From Alphaproteobacteria bacterium (lineage in GTDB: Bacteria; Pseudomonadota; Alphaproteobacteria; UBA7887), in NCBI GenBank assembly GCA_965216755.1, contig CBDCGL010000011.1, forward strand, positions 2,912,001 through 2,976,000: a stretch of 64,000 bases of DNA, given 5' to 3'. Position 1 is the stretch's first letter. Each line of letters opens with the position of its first letter. Positions 8,349-18,982 of the stretch are shown here, in pieces. The position numbers were made by a program, and so were the translations under genes. The notes under the pieces are model-generated. The model had not been told where the DNA came from and made no database searches. It worked only from the letters and a program-made list of their open reading frames with translations.

Positions 8349-10769
8349 CTACCCTTTCAAATCTCGGTAAGGCCCGGCGTCGAAAGCGTCGACCTGAATC
8401 GCGTCATGGCGGGCCGCGTTTGCTGCCGTCAACAACGTCAGATCGTCGTCGCTGATCAGGCCTTTGGCATGGGCGTCGGCAACGTGTTCCGCTTCGGTGG
8501 CCCCGTTCACTTGACCGGTGCGCGCGGCGTCGCGAGTCTTGCGCCGGATCGGCGCTGCGCGCACGACCAAATCCAAAGTCGCTTCAAGGCGACCCAACCC
8601 CTCTTCCTGGCTGGCCGGAACATAGACATCGGGGGTCAGCCGCAGACGTCCGGCGCTGCCATCGAGCATGCCTTGGGCCACGCGCGCGCCCAGGCGATCG
8701 CTGGGTGGTTTCATGCGCGCGCCCAGCGGCATGGCCAAAAGCCGCGTGGTCCGTGCCACCGCACGGTTCGGTAAATTAGTGAGCACACCATCCAATGCCT
8801 GCTCCACTTGCCACGCCGCATGGGTGCACGCCCAATCGAGCATATCGCGATCGGCGGTCGGTGCCCCCTCATCGTGAAAGCGTTTGACCGCCGCCGAACC
8901 AAGGTAAAGCCAAGCCAGCGCATCGGCCAGGCGGCCGGTAATCTTTTCGCGTCGCTTCAGCGCGCCGCCCAGAGTGGCCATGGCAGTGTCGGAGGTCAGC
9001 GCAAAGGCCGCACTGAGGCGATCGAAATTTCTGACATGGGGCGCCACAAGGCCATTGACCGAAGATTGCGCCAAACGCCCGCCACTGAGCCCCAGCGCGC
9101 CGGCACGGACCGCGTTGCGGGCGACAAGATTGACATGACCAAAAATCGCGCGATCGAACCGCGTCACGTCGCCTGCCGCCAAGGCAGCCATTTCGTCCTG
9201 CACAAAGGGATGGCAGCGCACGGCGCCTTGCCCGTAGATGATCATCGAGCGCGTGAGAATGTTGGCACCTTCGACCGTGATGCCGATCGGCACGGCGACA
9301 AAGCCGCGCCCCAATATGTTCTTTGGTCCACGACAAATGCCGGCGCCACCTTGAATATCCATGGCATCGTTCAGATCGCTGCGCATGGTATCGGTCAAAT
9401 AGGCCTTGGCGATCGCCGACAGTACGGCCGGCTTTTCGCCGGCGTCGACCGCGCCGCAGGTGAGCCGGCGTGCCGCATCCATCAAATAGGTATGGCCACC
9501 GATCCGGGCCAAAGGTTCTTCGATACCTTCGAAGCGCCCGATTGGCAGGTTGAATTGCTCACGAATCGTTGCATAGGCACCGACGGTTCGTGTCGCCAGC
9601 TGGGAACCGGCGGCGGCCAGCGACGGCAGCGAGATCGAGCGCCCGGCCGCCAAACAATCCATCAGCATATGCCAACCCTGGCCGACCCCTGCCCGGCCGC
9701 CAATGATGAAATCGAGCGGCACGAATACATCGCGGCCGATAATCGGGCCGTTTTGAAACGGGACCCCCATGGGGTCGTGGCGCCGGCCGATGTCGATGCC
9801 AGGCAGATCGCGCGGGATCAGCGCGCAGGTGATGCCCAAGTCCTCTCGGTCGCCCAACAAGCCGTCCGGGTCCAAAAGCCGAAACGCGAGGCCGATTACC
9901 GTCGCCACCGGTGCCAGGGTGATATAGCGCTTTTCCCAATTCAAGCGCATGCCGAGCACGTCTTCGCCGTTAAAATCGCCCCGACAGACCACGCCAGTGC
10001 TGCGCGGCGACGCGGCGTCACTGCCGGCCTCGGGCTCGGTCAAGGCAAAGCACGGAATTTCCTCGCCACGGGCCAGACGTGGCAGATAATGATCTTTTTG
10101 CGCGTCGGTCCCATAGTGGAGCAACAATTCGGACGGCCCCAGAGAATTTGGCACCATCACGGTAACCGCCGTGGTGATGCTGCGAGTCGACAATTTCGCG
10201 ATCACCGCCGAATGGCCAATCGCGGAGAATCCCAAGCCCCCGTAATCTTCCGGGATGATCATGCCGAGGAAGCGTTTGTCCTTCAGATACGCCCATACCG
10301 CGGGCGGCAGGTCGCGCTCTTGCTGGATCTGCCAGTCATCGACCATGGCGCACAGTTCTTCGACCGGCCCATCCAGAAACGCCTGTTCGGCGTCGGACAA
10401 TGGCCTGGCCTTAAAGTCGAACAGCTTGGCCCAGTCGGGCTTCCCGGAAAACAATTCGCCGTCCCACCAAACGGTGCCGGCCTCTAGGGCGATCCGCTCG
10501 GTCTCGCCCATCACCGGCATGGCGTTGCGGAGGCGGCGCATCAAAGGCGCGGAGACCAGGCGGGCGCGCAGTGGCCGAATGCCGAACAACCCCGCGGCAA
10601 TAATGGCAATTACCGTCGAAGCCCAGAACAATACCGGGGCACCGGGGCCTGCCAGCCACCAGGCGATCAGCAACACGCCGGCCGCCGCCACCCAGGCCCC
10701 ATAGCCCCGCCCCCGAAACACCAGGATCAAGAGGACGGCAATAGCCAAAACGAATGCAAAAACTGTCAT
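8349..10769 (-). CDS. fadE: membrane-anchored acyl-CoA dehydrogenase FadE
   Basis: 806 aa; N-terminal TM helices; ALEAGTVWWDGELFSG, VMVPNSLGP.ELL, ITVEGANILTR. Confidence 0.92.
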   Translation of the reverse strand: MTVFAFVLAIAVLLILVFRGRGYGAWVAAAGVLLIAWWLAGPGAPVLFWASTVIAIIAAGLFGIRPLRARLVSAPLMRRLRNAMPVMGETERIALEAGTVWWDGELFSGKPDWAKLFDFKARPLSDAEQAFLDGPVEELCAMVDDWQIQQERDLPPAVWAYLKDKRFLGMIIPEDYGGLGFSAIGHSAVIAKLSTRSITTAVTVMVPNSLGPSELLLHYGTDAQKDHYLPRLARGEEIPCFALTEPEAGSDAASPRSTGVVCRGDFNGEDVLGMRLNWEKRYITLAPVATVIGLAFRLLDPDGLLGDREDLGITCALIPRDLPGIDIGRRHDPMGVPFQNGPIIGRDVFVPLDFIIGGRAGVGQGWHMLMDCLAAGRSISLPSLAAAGSQLATRTVGAYATIREQFNLPIGRFEGIEEPLARIGGHTYLMDAARRLTCGAVDAGEKPAVLSAIAKAYLTDTMRSDLNDAMDIQGGAGICRGPKNILGRGFVAVPIGITVEGANILTRSMIIYGQGAVRCHPFVQDEMAALAAGDVTRFDRAIFGHVNLVARNAVRAGALGLSGGRLAQSSVNGLVAPHVRNFDRLSAAFALTSDTAMATLGGALKRREKITGRLADALAWLYLGSAAVKRFHDEGAPTADRDMLDWACTHAAWQVEQALDGVLTNLPNRAVARTTRLLAMPLGARMKPPSDRLGARVAQGMLDGSAGRLRLTPDVYVPASQEEGLGRLEATLDLVVRAAPIRRKTRDAARTGQVNGATEAEHVADAHAKGLISDDDLTLLTAANAARHDAIQVDAFDAGPYRDLKG

Positions 10770-10772
10770 GGC

Positions 10773-13100
10773 TCAATTCCTGAGCGGTTTGCCGGTGCGC
10801 AGCATGTGCCCGATGCGGGCGATCGACGCCGGATGCTTGGCCAAATTGACGAACGCCTCACGTTCCAGCCGCAGGAGAGTGTCTTCGTCGGTCGGCGCGG
10901 TGATATCGGCCGTACCACCGCTGACCACGTTGGCCAAGGCGCGGCCCACCACCACGTCATGCGGGGTCGCCTTGCCGGTGCGGCGATAGCCATCGACCAC
11001 CATGCCGATGGCCACGGCCGCGGTTTCACCGGGCAAGGGAATGGCGGTTTCTTGAGGGCGCTGATAGCCGGCGACGCGCGCCAAGGCCTTGGCCTTGGCA
11101 TCAGCCAGCAACCGATCGCGATTCATGGTGATGCCATCGTCGGGGCGCAGAAATAGGGAATCACGCGCCTCCTCGGCCGACCGCGCAACGGTTGCCAAGC
11201 CAATCGTTTCGAACACCTTGATCACCGGCGGCATCGGACCGCCGGGCCGATCCGGATGGGCGAACCAACGCAACAGCAATTCCTTGCAGCCACCCCAGCC
11301 GGGAATGACACCGACGCCGGTTTCGACCAAGCCAGTATAGGTTTCGCTATGAGCTTGGACCGCGTCCGCATGCAGCATGATCTCACAGCCGCCACCCAGC
11401 GCCATACCCGCGGGCGCAACGACGACCGGAAAAGGCGCATATTTCAGGCCTCTGTAGATTTTCTGGCCGCGTCCGACCATCCGGCGCACGACAAAACTAA
11501 GGCGCAGCTTGGCCGCAATCAGGAGTAATCCGATGTTGGCGCCGACGGAAAAGTTGCTGGCTTCGTTGTAGACCACCAGCGCCTTATGGCCGCGCGGCAC
11601 TGTGGCGATGGCGGTTTTGACCATGGCCAGGCCGCCTGGCCCGAGCGCGTTCATCTTGCTGTGGAATTCGAGGCACAGAACACCATCGCCGATATCCCAC
11701 AGGCTGGCGGCACGATTTTTTGCGACGGGGCGGCTGCGACGCTTGATGTCCGCCAGCAGCAATATGCCGGGCGCGCGCGGCACATCGCGATAGGTGCCGT
11801 CAAACGTAAAACATTGACGCCTGCCGCCCAAGGTTCGGTAAAAGGTGCGGTCGCCCACCTGGCGTAGCAGCGCCGGTACGGGCCGGCCTTCATTTTCGAA
11901 CCGCGCGCAAAGCCATGCCGGCCCCAGCTGATCCATCAATTCGAAGGGGCCATACTTCCAGTTGTAGCCAAGGCGCATCGCCGCGTCGACAGACGCGATA
12001 TCGTCAGCGATCTCATTGGCCAGCGCGGCGGCGTAAGACAAAGTGCCGGCGAGCACCCGCCAGGCATAGCGGCCGCCCTTGTCGGCGTGAGACACGAGCG
12101 CGCGCAGCCCACCCTTTTTGGCCGCCGCGACGCTCGCCAGCTTGGGGCGCGCCGCGTCTTTGTACACACCCGTGGTCAGATCGCGGGCTTGCTTGACCCG
12201 CCGACCATCCGTGGTATCGAGCCGATAAAACCCGCCCTTGCCCTTACGGCCGGTATACCCCGCGGCGATCATCTCCTCGATCATTGTGGGGGCCCGGTAA
12301 ATCGCGTGAAATGGATCATCGGCCGGCAAGGCATCGGCCATGCTGTTGAGCACATGTGGCATCAGGTCCAAGCCGACCATATCCAGTAGGCCGAACACGC
12401 CGGATTTGGGAATGCCCATCGGCCGGCCACCCACCGCATCAGCTTCTTCGATCGTGAGCCCATCGTCGAGTGCCGCGACCACAGCGCATTGCAACCAATA
12501 GGTACCTATGCGATTGGCGATAAAGCCGGGCGTGTCCTTGGCGTCGATCACCGTTTTGCCCATGGCGCGGTCCATAAACGTGCGCACCCCGGCGACCGCG
12601 TCGGCGCGCGTGTCGGGCCCGGCGACCAGCTCCACCAAACGCATGTAGCGCGGCGGATTGAAAAAATGGGTGATCAAAAAATCTTCGCGAAAGCGCGACG
12701 GCATGCCTTCGGTCAACGTCGCGAGCGGCAAGGTCGATGTATTTGAAGACACAATCGTACCGTCGCGGCGCACCGCCTCCACGCGGCGATACAGATCGCG
12801 TTTGATATCGGCGCGCTCGACCACCGCCTCGATGATCCAATCGCAATCGCCGGCGCGCGCCAGGTCATCTTCGATATTGCCGGCTGTGATGCGCGCCGCA
12901 AAGCGCTTGTGCATCAAAGGCGCCGGATCGGTTTTCAGCAATTTCGCGATCGCGCCCGTGGCCAGCACGTTGCGGTCGTCCGCGCCGTCCTGCACGATAT
13001 CCAGCAACAACACCGACGCGCCGGCATTGGCCAAGTGGGCGGCGATGCCCGCGCCCATGACGCCGGCACCGATCACCGCCACCCTGTCGATCAGGGTCAC
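10773..13100 (-). CDS. 3-hydroxyacyl-CoA dehydrogenase/enoyl-CoA hydratase (FadN-type domain order)
   Basis: GAGVMGAG, SSNTS, HFFNPPRYM; C-terminal ALGGGCE and GLVE.GVG; GTGA overlap with thiolase stop. Confidence 0.92.
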   Translation of the reverse strand: MTLIDRVAVIGAGVMGAGIAAHLANAGASVLLLDIVQDGADDRNVLATGAIAKLLKTDPAPLMHKRFAARITAGNIEDDLARAGDCDWIIEAVVERADIKRDLYRRVEAVRRDGTIVSSNTSTLPLATLTEGMPSRFREDFLITHFFNPPRYMRLVELVAGPDTRADAVAGVRTFMDRAMGKTVIDAKDTPGFIANRIGTYWLQCAVVAALDDGLTIEEADAVGGRPMGIPKSGVFGLLDMVGLDLMPHVLNSMADALPADDPFHAIYRAPTMIEEMIAAGYTGRKGKGGFYRLDTTDGRRVKQARDLTTGVYKDAARPKLASVAAAKKGGLRALVSHADKGGRYAWRVLAGTLSYAAALANEIADDIASVDAAMRLGYNWKYGPFELMDQLGPAWLCARFENEGRPVPALLRQVGDRTFYRTLGGRRQCFTFDGTYRDVPRAPGILLLADIKRRSRPVAKNRAASLWDIGDGVLCLEFHSKMNALGPGGLAMVKTAIATVPRGHKALVVYNEASNFSVGANIGLLLIAAKLRLSFVVRRMVGRGQKIYRGLKYAPFPVVVAPAGMALGGGCEIMLHADAVQAHSETYTGLVETGVGVIPGWGGCKELLLRWFAHPDRPGGPMPPVIKVFETIGLATVARSAEEARDSLFLRPDDGITMNRDRLLADAKAKALARVAGYQRPQETAIPLPGETAAVAIGMVVDGYRRTGKATPHDVVVGRALANVVSGGTADITAPTDEDTLLRLEREAFVNLAKHPASIARIGHMLRTGKPLRN

Positions 13101-14236
13101 GACACGGCTTCCAGGATTGTCGCGATGCCCTGGCCACCACCGATACATTGCGTCGCCAACGCATAGCGGCCGCCATTGCGCGCCAGCAGTGCCGACGCCT
13201 TGCCAGTGATACGCGCGCCGGTCGCCCCGAGCGGGTGCCCGAACGCGATCGCCCCACCATCAACGTTGACCTTGTCCGCAGGCAAGCCCAAATCGCCGAT
13301 GCAGGCGAGCGCCTGGGAGGCAAAGGCCTCGTTGAGCTCGATCAGATCCAGATCGCCGACCGTCAACGCGGCCCGCGCCAACGCTTTGCGCGTGGCATGG
13401 ACCGGGCCGATACCCATGATCTCCGGTTCGCAGCCGGCCACGGCGATGCTTTTCAGGCGCGCCATCGGTGTCAGCCCCGTCCGTGCCGCGTAGTCGGCGC
13501 TGCAGATTAGAGTCGCCGCCGCGCCATCGGTCAGCGGCGACGACGTGCCCGCCGTGACCGTGCCGTCTTGATCAAATGCCGGCTTCAGCCCGGCCAGGTC
13601 CTCGGCGGTGGTCTCGGGACGCAAGCAGCCGTCGGCCGCAATCCGTGTGTCACCATGGCTGACCGCGACCACTTCGTCGTCGAGCCAACCGGCCGCCCGC
13701 GCCTTGGCAGCCTTGGCCTGGCTTTCCACCGCAAACGCGTCTTGGGCGGCACGGCCAATCTGATACCGCTTGGCAACGTTCTCGGCGGTATCGCCCATGG
13801 CCGCGTAGGCTTCCGGATAGCTCTCATACAGCGCCGGGTTGGGCATCGGGTTATAGCCGCCCATCGGCACCCGGGTCATGGACTCGACGCCGGCACAAAT
13901 GAACGCCTCGCCAGCCTGCATACGGATCGCGCCTGCCGCCATGTGGATGGCATACATGGACGAGCCGCAAAACCGATTGACGGTGGCGCCGGCGACGGAA
14001 ATCGGCAACCCCGCCCTGAGCGCCACGTAGCGCGCCATATTGAGCCCTTGTTCGGCCTCCGGAAACGCACAACCGATGATCAGATCCTCGATGTCGGCGG
14101 GCGTAACACCGGTCTTCGCCACCAAGGCCTGAACCACCTGGGCCGCCAAATCGTCGGGCCGCATGGGAGCCAGGGCGCCCTTATGGGCGAATGCAAAGGG
14201 AGAGCGGACATAGCCGGCGACAACCACATCCGTCAT
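13097..14236 (-). CDS. acetyl-CoA C-acyltransferase (thiolase)
   Basis: NRFCGSS, ELNEAFA, GHPLGATG and CIGGGQG motifs. Confidence 0.95.
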   Translation of the reverse strand: MTDVVVAGYVRSPFAFAHKGALAPMRPDDLAAQVVQALVAKTGVTPADIEDLIIGCAFPEAEQGLNMARYVALRAGLPISVAGATVNRFCGSSMYAIHMAAGAIRMQAGEAFICAGVESMTRVPMGGYNPMPNPALYESYPEAYAAMGDTAENVAKRYQIGRAAQDAFAVESQAKAAKARAAGWLDDEVVAVSHGDTRIAADGCLRPETTAEDLAGLKPAFDQDGTVTAGTSSPLTDGAAATLICSADYAARTGLTPMARLKSIAVAGCEPEIMGIGPVHATRKALARAALTVGDLDLIELNEAFASQALACIGDLGLPADKVNVDGGAIAFGHPLGATGARITGKASALLARNGGRYALATQCIGGGQGIATILEAVS

Positions 14237-14269
14237 GGACGGCGCCCTCGGGTTGACGCAGGCCTCCGG

Positions 14270-16597
14270 CTAGCTATCGACCAAATTGGCTGTCGCGGCC
14301 GGGTCCAGGCTGTCGGCCAAACGGCACCCATCCCGGATGGCGCCCAAATAGGAAACGACTGTGTCATGTGTCCCACCGATATTCTCGGTCACGATACCGT
14401 GTCGATTGGCGTCGATCATGCGCACCGCTTTGTCGATCGACCCAATACCTTTGAATATGGTATCGGCGCTCTTCGGATCGACGACTTGATCGCCGGTGGC
14501 CTGAATAAGACCGACCGGGCAAGTGATTTCCGTCAATTGGCGCCTGAGTGCATCGACCACCAGGCGCAGCTCATAGAGCCCACGAATCGGCATATTGCGG
14601 TAGTTGATCGCCGGATGTTCGGAGTCATTGAGGCGAAAGGGCTTGACGCCTTCCATATTGGGGACCCATTCGGCCAATTTGTTGACGCCGTGGACCAAGG
14701 GCACGAACACCAGATTGCGGTTGCGGAAATGCACCGGCGCCGACACCGCGACGACACCGGCCAGGCCCGGCGGCCGCGCCGCGGCGCAAATCAAGGCCAA
14801 GCTGCCGCCGGTGGAAAATCCCACCACGCACACCCGCTTGGCCAGCGCCGCCATGATCGCATAACCGCGGTTGACCGAATCCAGCCAATCCTGCCAGCTG
14901 CGGTCGCGCAGATCCCAAGGCGACGTGCCGTGACCAGCCAGGCGAACACCGACCACCGGATGGCCTTCGTCGACCAAGGTTTCGCCCAGCCCGCGCACTT
15001 CGGCGGGCGACGCCAAGAAACCATGAACCAAAACCACGCCCAGGTCGTTTGACGCCCCGGGCAGCAGCAGGAATGGCGCGCCGCTTTCGGTCGCGGTTTC
15101 CTGGCCGTTAATGTCTTCGTGCCGCTCCTGGGTATAGAACTGCTTGCTCCACTCATGCATGCGGCACTCATCGTCAAACCGCAAACGCGCCACGGCGGCC
15201 GCGTCGATCTTTTGGGCATCGGTGACCGCGCGCGTGATCGCCGCCATGGCCGGTGCCACGGGCGCGACCTCGTTGGCATAGACAGCGACGGTGTTTTCCA
15301 AGCGGATTTCGTCGAAACCATGTTCGTCGCGCAACTTGGGCAAAAAGACATAATGGCCGTGGTCCATGCGCACCAAACCGCTGGCCTCGCCGGTCGCCCA
15401 GAACTCGTCGAGACCGCGGACATGGCCACGCGACGTGGCGACATAGTCTTCCGGATTGATCAAGCATTCATGCAGGTTCACGGCATCGGCGTTCTGGACA
15501 TACTTGATCGCCAAATACAACGCTTTGTTGAACAGGTCGAAAGGCACCTCGGTGCGCCCGGCATCGACATACTGATCGATCACCTGGGCCGCCAAATGAC
15601 TCAGATTGACCGTGACCCCACTATAAATGCGATGCATATAGGCATCGCGCAGGCGCCGCGTCTCACGAGTCAGAAATGTTGTGAACAGACTGTCGATCCA
15701 GCGTTCGGAACGATTGTTGAGCTCGAACAGTTCATCCAACGAAACCAAGCGCAAGAATAACTGGTCGATGAACTTCCGCTCCCACCAACTGCGGAACGGC
15801 CGCGGCGCGATCGTTTCCGCGAAGCGAACATCCATGTCGGTGTCCCTGAGCAGAATATTGCCTTCGATAAGCAGCTCCTCGGCAAAGCGTTCGGTCAGCC
15901 CACTGGCGAACAGCTCAACGCCTTTTTTCAGCATGTTCTCGGCCGCGCGAATCGGGTAAAAAGTGATGTTCGCTGGGACGATCAATGTCGGTTTGTGGGC
16001 CGCGGCGACCAATTCATCAACGCCGGCCAGCTCCAAGGACGATGCCCAGCGTTCCAGCCGCGCGGCGTCGCCCTTTTGTTCCAACGAACGAATCCGGGTC
16101 TTGAACACCTCCAGTGTTAGCGCGACCACGGCCGCGCCCTTGTGATGCTTTCGGCGTGCTAGCGCGGTTGGCGAAAAAACACTATAGCGGCCGCCCTCAT
16201 CCAACACGCGGCGGTCCTTGACCATGCCGCCTTCGGGAAAAATAACGATCTTGCGGCCACGCAAAATCTCAGCCGCCAAGAACGGCAACAGCCCCGGCAA
16301 GTCATTGGGCACCGCGCCAACCCCAAACAGGAACTTAGCGAGCCTATCATTGCCTTGAAATAGCTCGCTCGCCGCGACCGCACGGCAGTAGGCCTGCACC
16401 TCACGGTAGATCAGATATTGGGGGATGACGGTTTCGAAGCGGGCGAAATGGTTGAACAGGAAAATCTGGCCGGCCTCGACCTGGCCCTCGTCCTTGTGAA
16501 ATTTAATACTGACGCCAAGCCGGTTCTCGACCCGCGAAAAGACGCGGACGCACCAGTCATAGGTCTTTTTGATGTTCAGGTCGATATCGTCATACAT
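14270..16597 (-). CDS. fusion: glycerolipid acyltransferase-like domain + alpha/beta-hydrolase (monoacylglycerol lipase-like)
   Basis: N-terminal NHFARFE, FPEGG and IVPANITF blocks; C-terminal VHGF, LAGHG, GFSTGG (Ser), GDQVV (Asp), NRHG (His). Confidence 0.8.
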   Translation of the reverse strand: MYDDIDLNIKKTYDWCVRVFSRVENRLGVSIKFHKDEGQVEAGQIFLFNHFARFETVIPQYLIYREVQAYCRAVAASELFQGNDRLAKFLFGVGAVPNDLPGLLPFLAAEILRGRKIVIFPEGGMVKDRRVLDEGGRYSVFSPTALARRKHHKGAAVVALTLEVFKTRIRSLEQKGDAARLERWASSLELAGVDELVAAAHKPTLIVPANITFYPIRAAENMLKKGVELFASGLTERFAEELLIEGNILLRDTDMDVRFAETIAPRPFRSWWERKFIDQLFLRLVSLDELFELNNRSERWIDSLFTTFLTRETRRLRDAYMHRIYSGVTVNLSHLAAQVIDQYVDAGRTEVPFDLFNKALYLAIKYVQNADAVNLHECLINPEDYVATSRGHVRGLDEFWATGEASGLVRMDHGHYVFLPKLRDEHGFDEIRLENTVAVYANEVAPVAPAMAAITRAVTDAQKIDAAAVARLRFDDECRMHEWSKQFYTQERHEDINGQETATESGAPFLLLPGASNDLGVVLVHGFLASPAEVRGLGETLVDEGHPVVGVRLAGHGTSPWDLRDRSWQDWLDSVNRGYAIMAALAKRVCVVGFSTGGSLALICAAARPPGLAGVVAVSAPVHFRNRNLVFVPLVHGVNKLAEWVPNMEGVKPFRLNDSEHPAINYRNMPIRGLYELRLVVDALRRQLTEITCPVGLIQATGDQVVDPKSADTIFKGIGSIDKAVRMIDANRHGIVTENIGGTHDTVVSYLGAIRDGCRLADSLDPAATANLVDS

Positions 16598-16702
16598 GAT
16601 GGACTCGCAGAGTCACGACCCCGGCGCCTGTCGGGCCACCAATCGTACCAAGAACGGGTTTGGCAGGGAAATTGATCTGCGCGCCGGCGCAACGGCGGCG
16701 CG

Positions 16703-17863
16703 TCAGCGGAGGTCCAGACCCCGGGCGATAATACCGCGCAGAACTTCGCGGGTGCCGCCCTGGATGGTCAGCTTGGGCGCGACCATTGTGGCGTGGTCGA
16801 TGACGTCTTGAAAATGCGGCCAATTGCCCGGTTCCGGCTCAACGAAAGCGGCCAAATCGCGGGCGCGGGCGGGCAAGGCCTGCTCCCAATTGGTGCCCAA
16901 ATCCTTGACCATGGAGGCTTCCAAAACAGGCTCTTTGCCATCGGCCAACATGCCCGCGACCGAGATCGACATGCGTCGCAGGGTGTTGAGTTGGGCAACC
17001 AGGCGGCCGACCCCTTCGGCGCCGCGGCGATCGGGCACCGCGCCCAAAACCCGCACCAGCTCGATCAGGACCTGGATCGTTTCAAGAAACCGCTCAGGTC
17101 CGCTGCGTTCATAGGCGAGTTCGCTGGTGGCCTGTTTCCACGCCATGTCGACCGATCCAAGTAGACTGGTCTCCGCTAAAATCGCGTCCTCGAATATGAC
17201 TTCGTTGAATTCATGACCACCAGTCATGAAACGAATTGGCTGCACCGTGATGCCGGGCGTCTTCATATCGACCAAAAACTGCGTCAGGCCGTGACGACGA
17301 TTTTCCTTGGTCGACGGCGAGGTCCGGAACAGGCCGATCATATAGTCAGCATTGTGCGCATAGCTGGTCCACACCTTGCGGCCATTGATCCGCCACCCAT
17401 TGTCGACTTTGTCGGCCTTGGTCTTGGCGGCGAACAGATCGGATCCGGACTCGGGCTCGCTCATGCCAATGCAAAACGTGCACTCGCCACGAATGATCCG
17501 TGGCAGAACCTCGCGCTTGACCGATTCGGCGCCGTGACGCAGCAGCATTGGGCCACTTTGCCGGTCGGCGACAAAATGGGCCTGGGTCGGTGCGTTGGCG
17601 ACCAGAAATTCCTCGGTCACGACATACCGTTCCAGGAAGCTGCGATCGCCACCACCATAGGCCTTGGGCCAAGTCATGCCGATCCAGCCGCGCGCGCCGA
17701 CTTTCCGGCTGAAAGCGCGATTAAACGATTTGCTGCCGTGGGCGGTGGCCGGATCAAAGGTACCGGCGGCGATCTCGTCGCGCAGAAACGCGCGGACCTC
17801 GGCGCGGAGCCGCTCAGCCGCCGACGGCAATTGGATCGGATCGAAGTGAATCGGGCCGGTCAT
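16703..17863 (-). CDS. acyl-CoA dehydrogenase
   Basis: CIGMSEPESGSDL, INGRKVWTS, FNEVIFED, TIQGGTREVLRGII. Confidence 0.9.
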   Translation of the reverse strand: MTGPIHFDPIQLPSAAERLRAEVRAFLRDEIAAGTFDPATAHGSKSFNRAFSRKVGARGWIGMTWPKAYGGGDRSFLERYVVTEEFLVANAPTQAHFVADRQSGPMLLRHGAESVKREVLPRIIRGECTFCIGMSEPESGSDLFAAKTKADKVDNGWRINGRKVWTSYAHNADYMIGLFRTSPSTKENRRHGLTQFLVDMKTPGITVQPIRFMTGGHEFNEVIFEDAILAETSLLGSVDMAWKQATSELAYERSGPERFLETIQVLIELVRVLGAVPDRRGAEGVGRLVAQLNTLRRMSISVAGMLADGKEPVLEASMVKDLGTNWEQALPARARDLAAFVEPEPGNWPHFQDVIDHATMVAPKLTIQGGTREVLRGIIARGLDLR

Positions 17864-18960
17864 AACGATGGCTGATCCCTGTTGGAGCCGTCGACGACGG
17901 GATTCATGGTCAGTATCGGCCACAAGGCATCGGCGCCGTTGTGGCAAACCAGCGCACCCAGCCGCGCCGCCCATTGACTTTCGCTACCGAAATCATCCTG
18001 CCACGACCACAGGCGACGGGTGAACCGATGCAGAATGTACTCCTCGGTAAAGCCGATCGCCCCATGAACCTGATGGGCAATCGCCGCCCCTTCGCGCGCC
18101 GCCTCGCCTACCCGGATTTTGGCCGACGCAACCTCGACAAAGGCCCGCTCGTCAAGTTCGTCCGCCGCCCGGATCGCCGGCGCCAAGGCACCGCAGGCGG
18201 CAATCGCCGCCGCGATCTCACCGGCGAGCTTGGCGAGTTCATGCTGGATGACTTGAAACTTAGCGATCGGCCGCCCGAACGCGACCCGTTCGGTGGCGTA
18301 GCCGACCGCGATGTCCAATATCCGTTCCAGGGCCCCGGTCATTTGCGCTACGCGGACCGCGGCCCCCATCAACCCCAGTGCGCGGCGATCTAGGCCCGCC
18401 GGCGCCATGGTTGACGACAGCGTGGGCGCATCGTCGAACGCGACGGCATCGCGCGGATCGTTGGCCAGATCATGGCCCGGCGTGACCCCGCACGCCGCGC
18501 TTTCGACCAGGCACACGAAAATTTGGTCATCGCGCGCGGCCATCACCGCGATATGAGGCGCGACCGTCGCAAACGGAACCCGCCGCGCCGCCCCGGAAAG
18601 GCGCCCGTGGCTGTCGACCGTTATATGATCACGCTCGACGACGGGCGCCACGGTGATCGGCCCATCCGGCGGTCGCATGCCGGCGCGGCCCAGCAACCAC
18701 GCCGCCAACAAGGTCTCGGCGATGGGGATCGACGCGGCAAAGGTTCCGGCCACGCGCGCAACCGCCAGGCCATCGGCCACCGACGCACCCGCGCCACCCA
18801 GTTCATCCGTCAGCCACGTTCGCGTCAGACCGGACTCCTCCAAGGCCTGCCACAAGGCCGGCCGCCAGGAGTCGTCGGCCGCCGCATTGACCATTTGCGG
18901 ATCGCCAAGATCTTGAAAAATCTTGGTTGCCGTATCGATGATCAACGGATCGGGGGTCAT
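17860..18960 (-). CDS. acyl-CoA dehydrogenase (degenerate partner subunit type)
   Basis: ERVAFGRPIAKFQVIQH and QVHGAIGFT.E present, but no SEP.GSD/KxW motifs; ATGA-coupled to the next ACAD. Confidence 0.85.
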   Translation of the reverse strand: MTPDPLIIDTATKIFQDLGDPQMVNAAADDSWRPALWQALEESGLTRTWLTDELGGAGASVADGLAVARVAGTFAASIPIAETLLAAWLLGRAGMRPPDGPITVAPVVERDHITVDSHGRLSGAARRVPFATVAPHIAVMAARDDQIFVCLVESAACGVTPGHDLANDPRDAVAFDDAPTLSSTMAPAGLDRRALGLMGAAVRVAQMTGALERILDIAVGYATERVAFGRPIAKFQVIQHELAKLAGEIAAAIAACGALAPAIRAADELDERAFVEVASAKIRVGEAAREGAAIAHQVHGAIGFTEEYILHRFTRRLWSWQDDFGSESQWAARLGALVCHNGADALWPILTMNPVVDGSNRDQPSL

Positions 18961-18982
18961 GGCGTCGGATCCACAGGGGCGC

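Noticed and set aside
8808-10487. Long antisense ORFs (also 13568-15052, 24158-25588, 26860-28296, 47446-49008)
   Set aside because: Shadow frames of well-supported genes in high-GC DNA, with no recognisable motifs.
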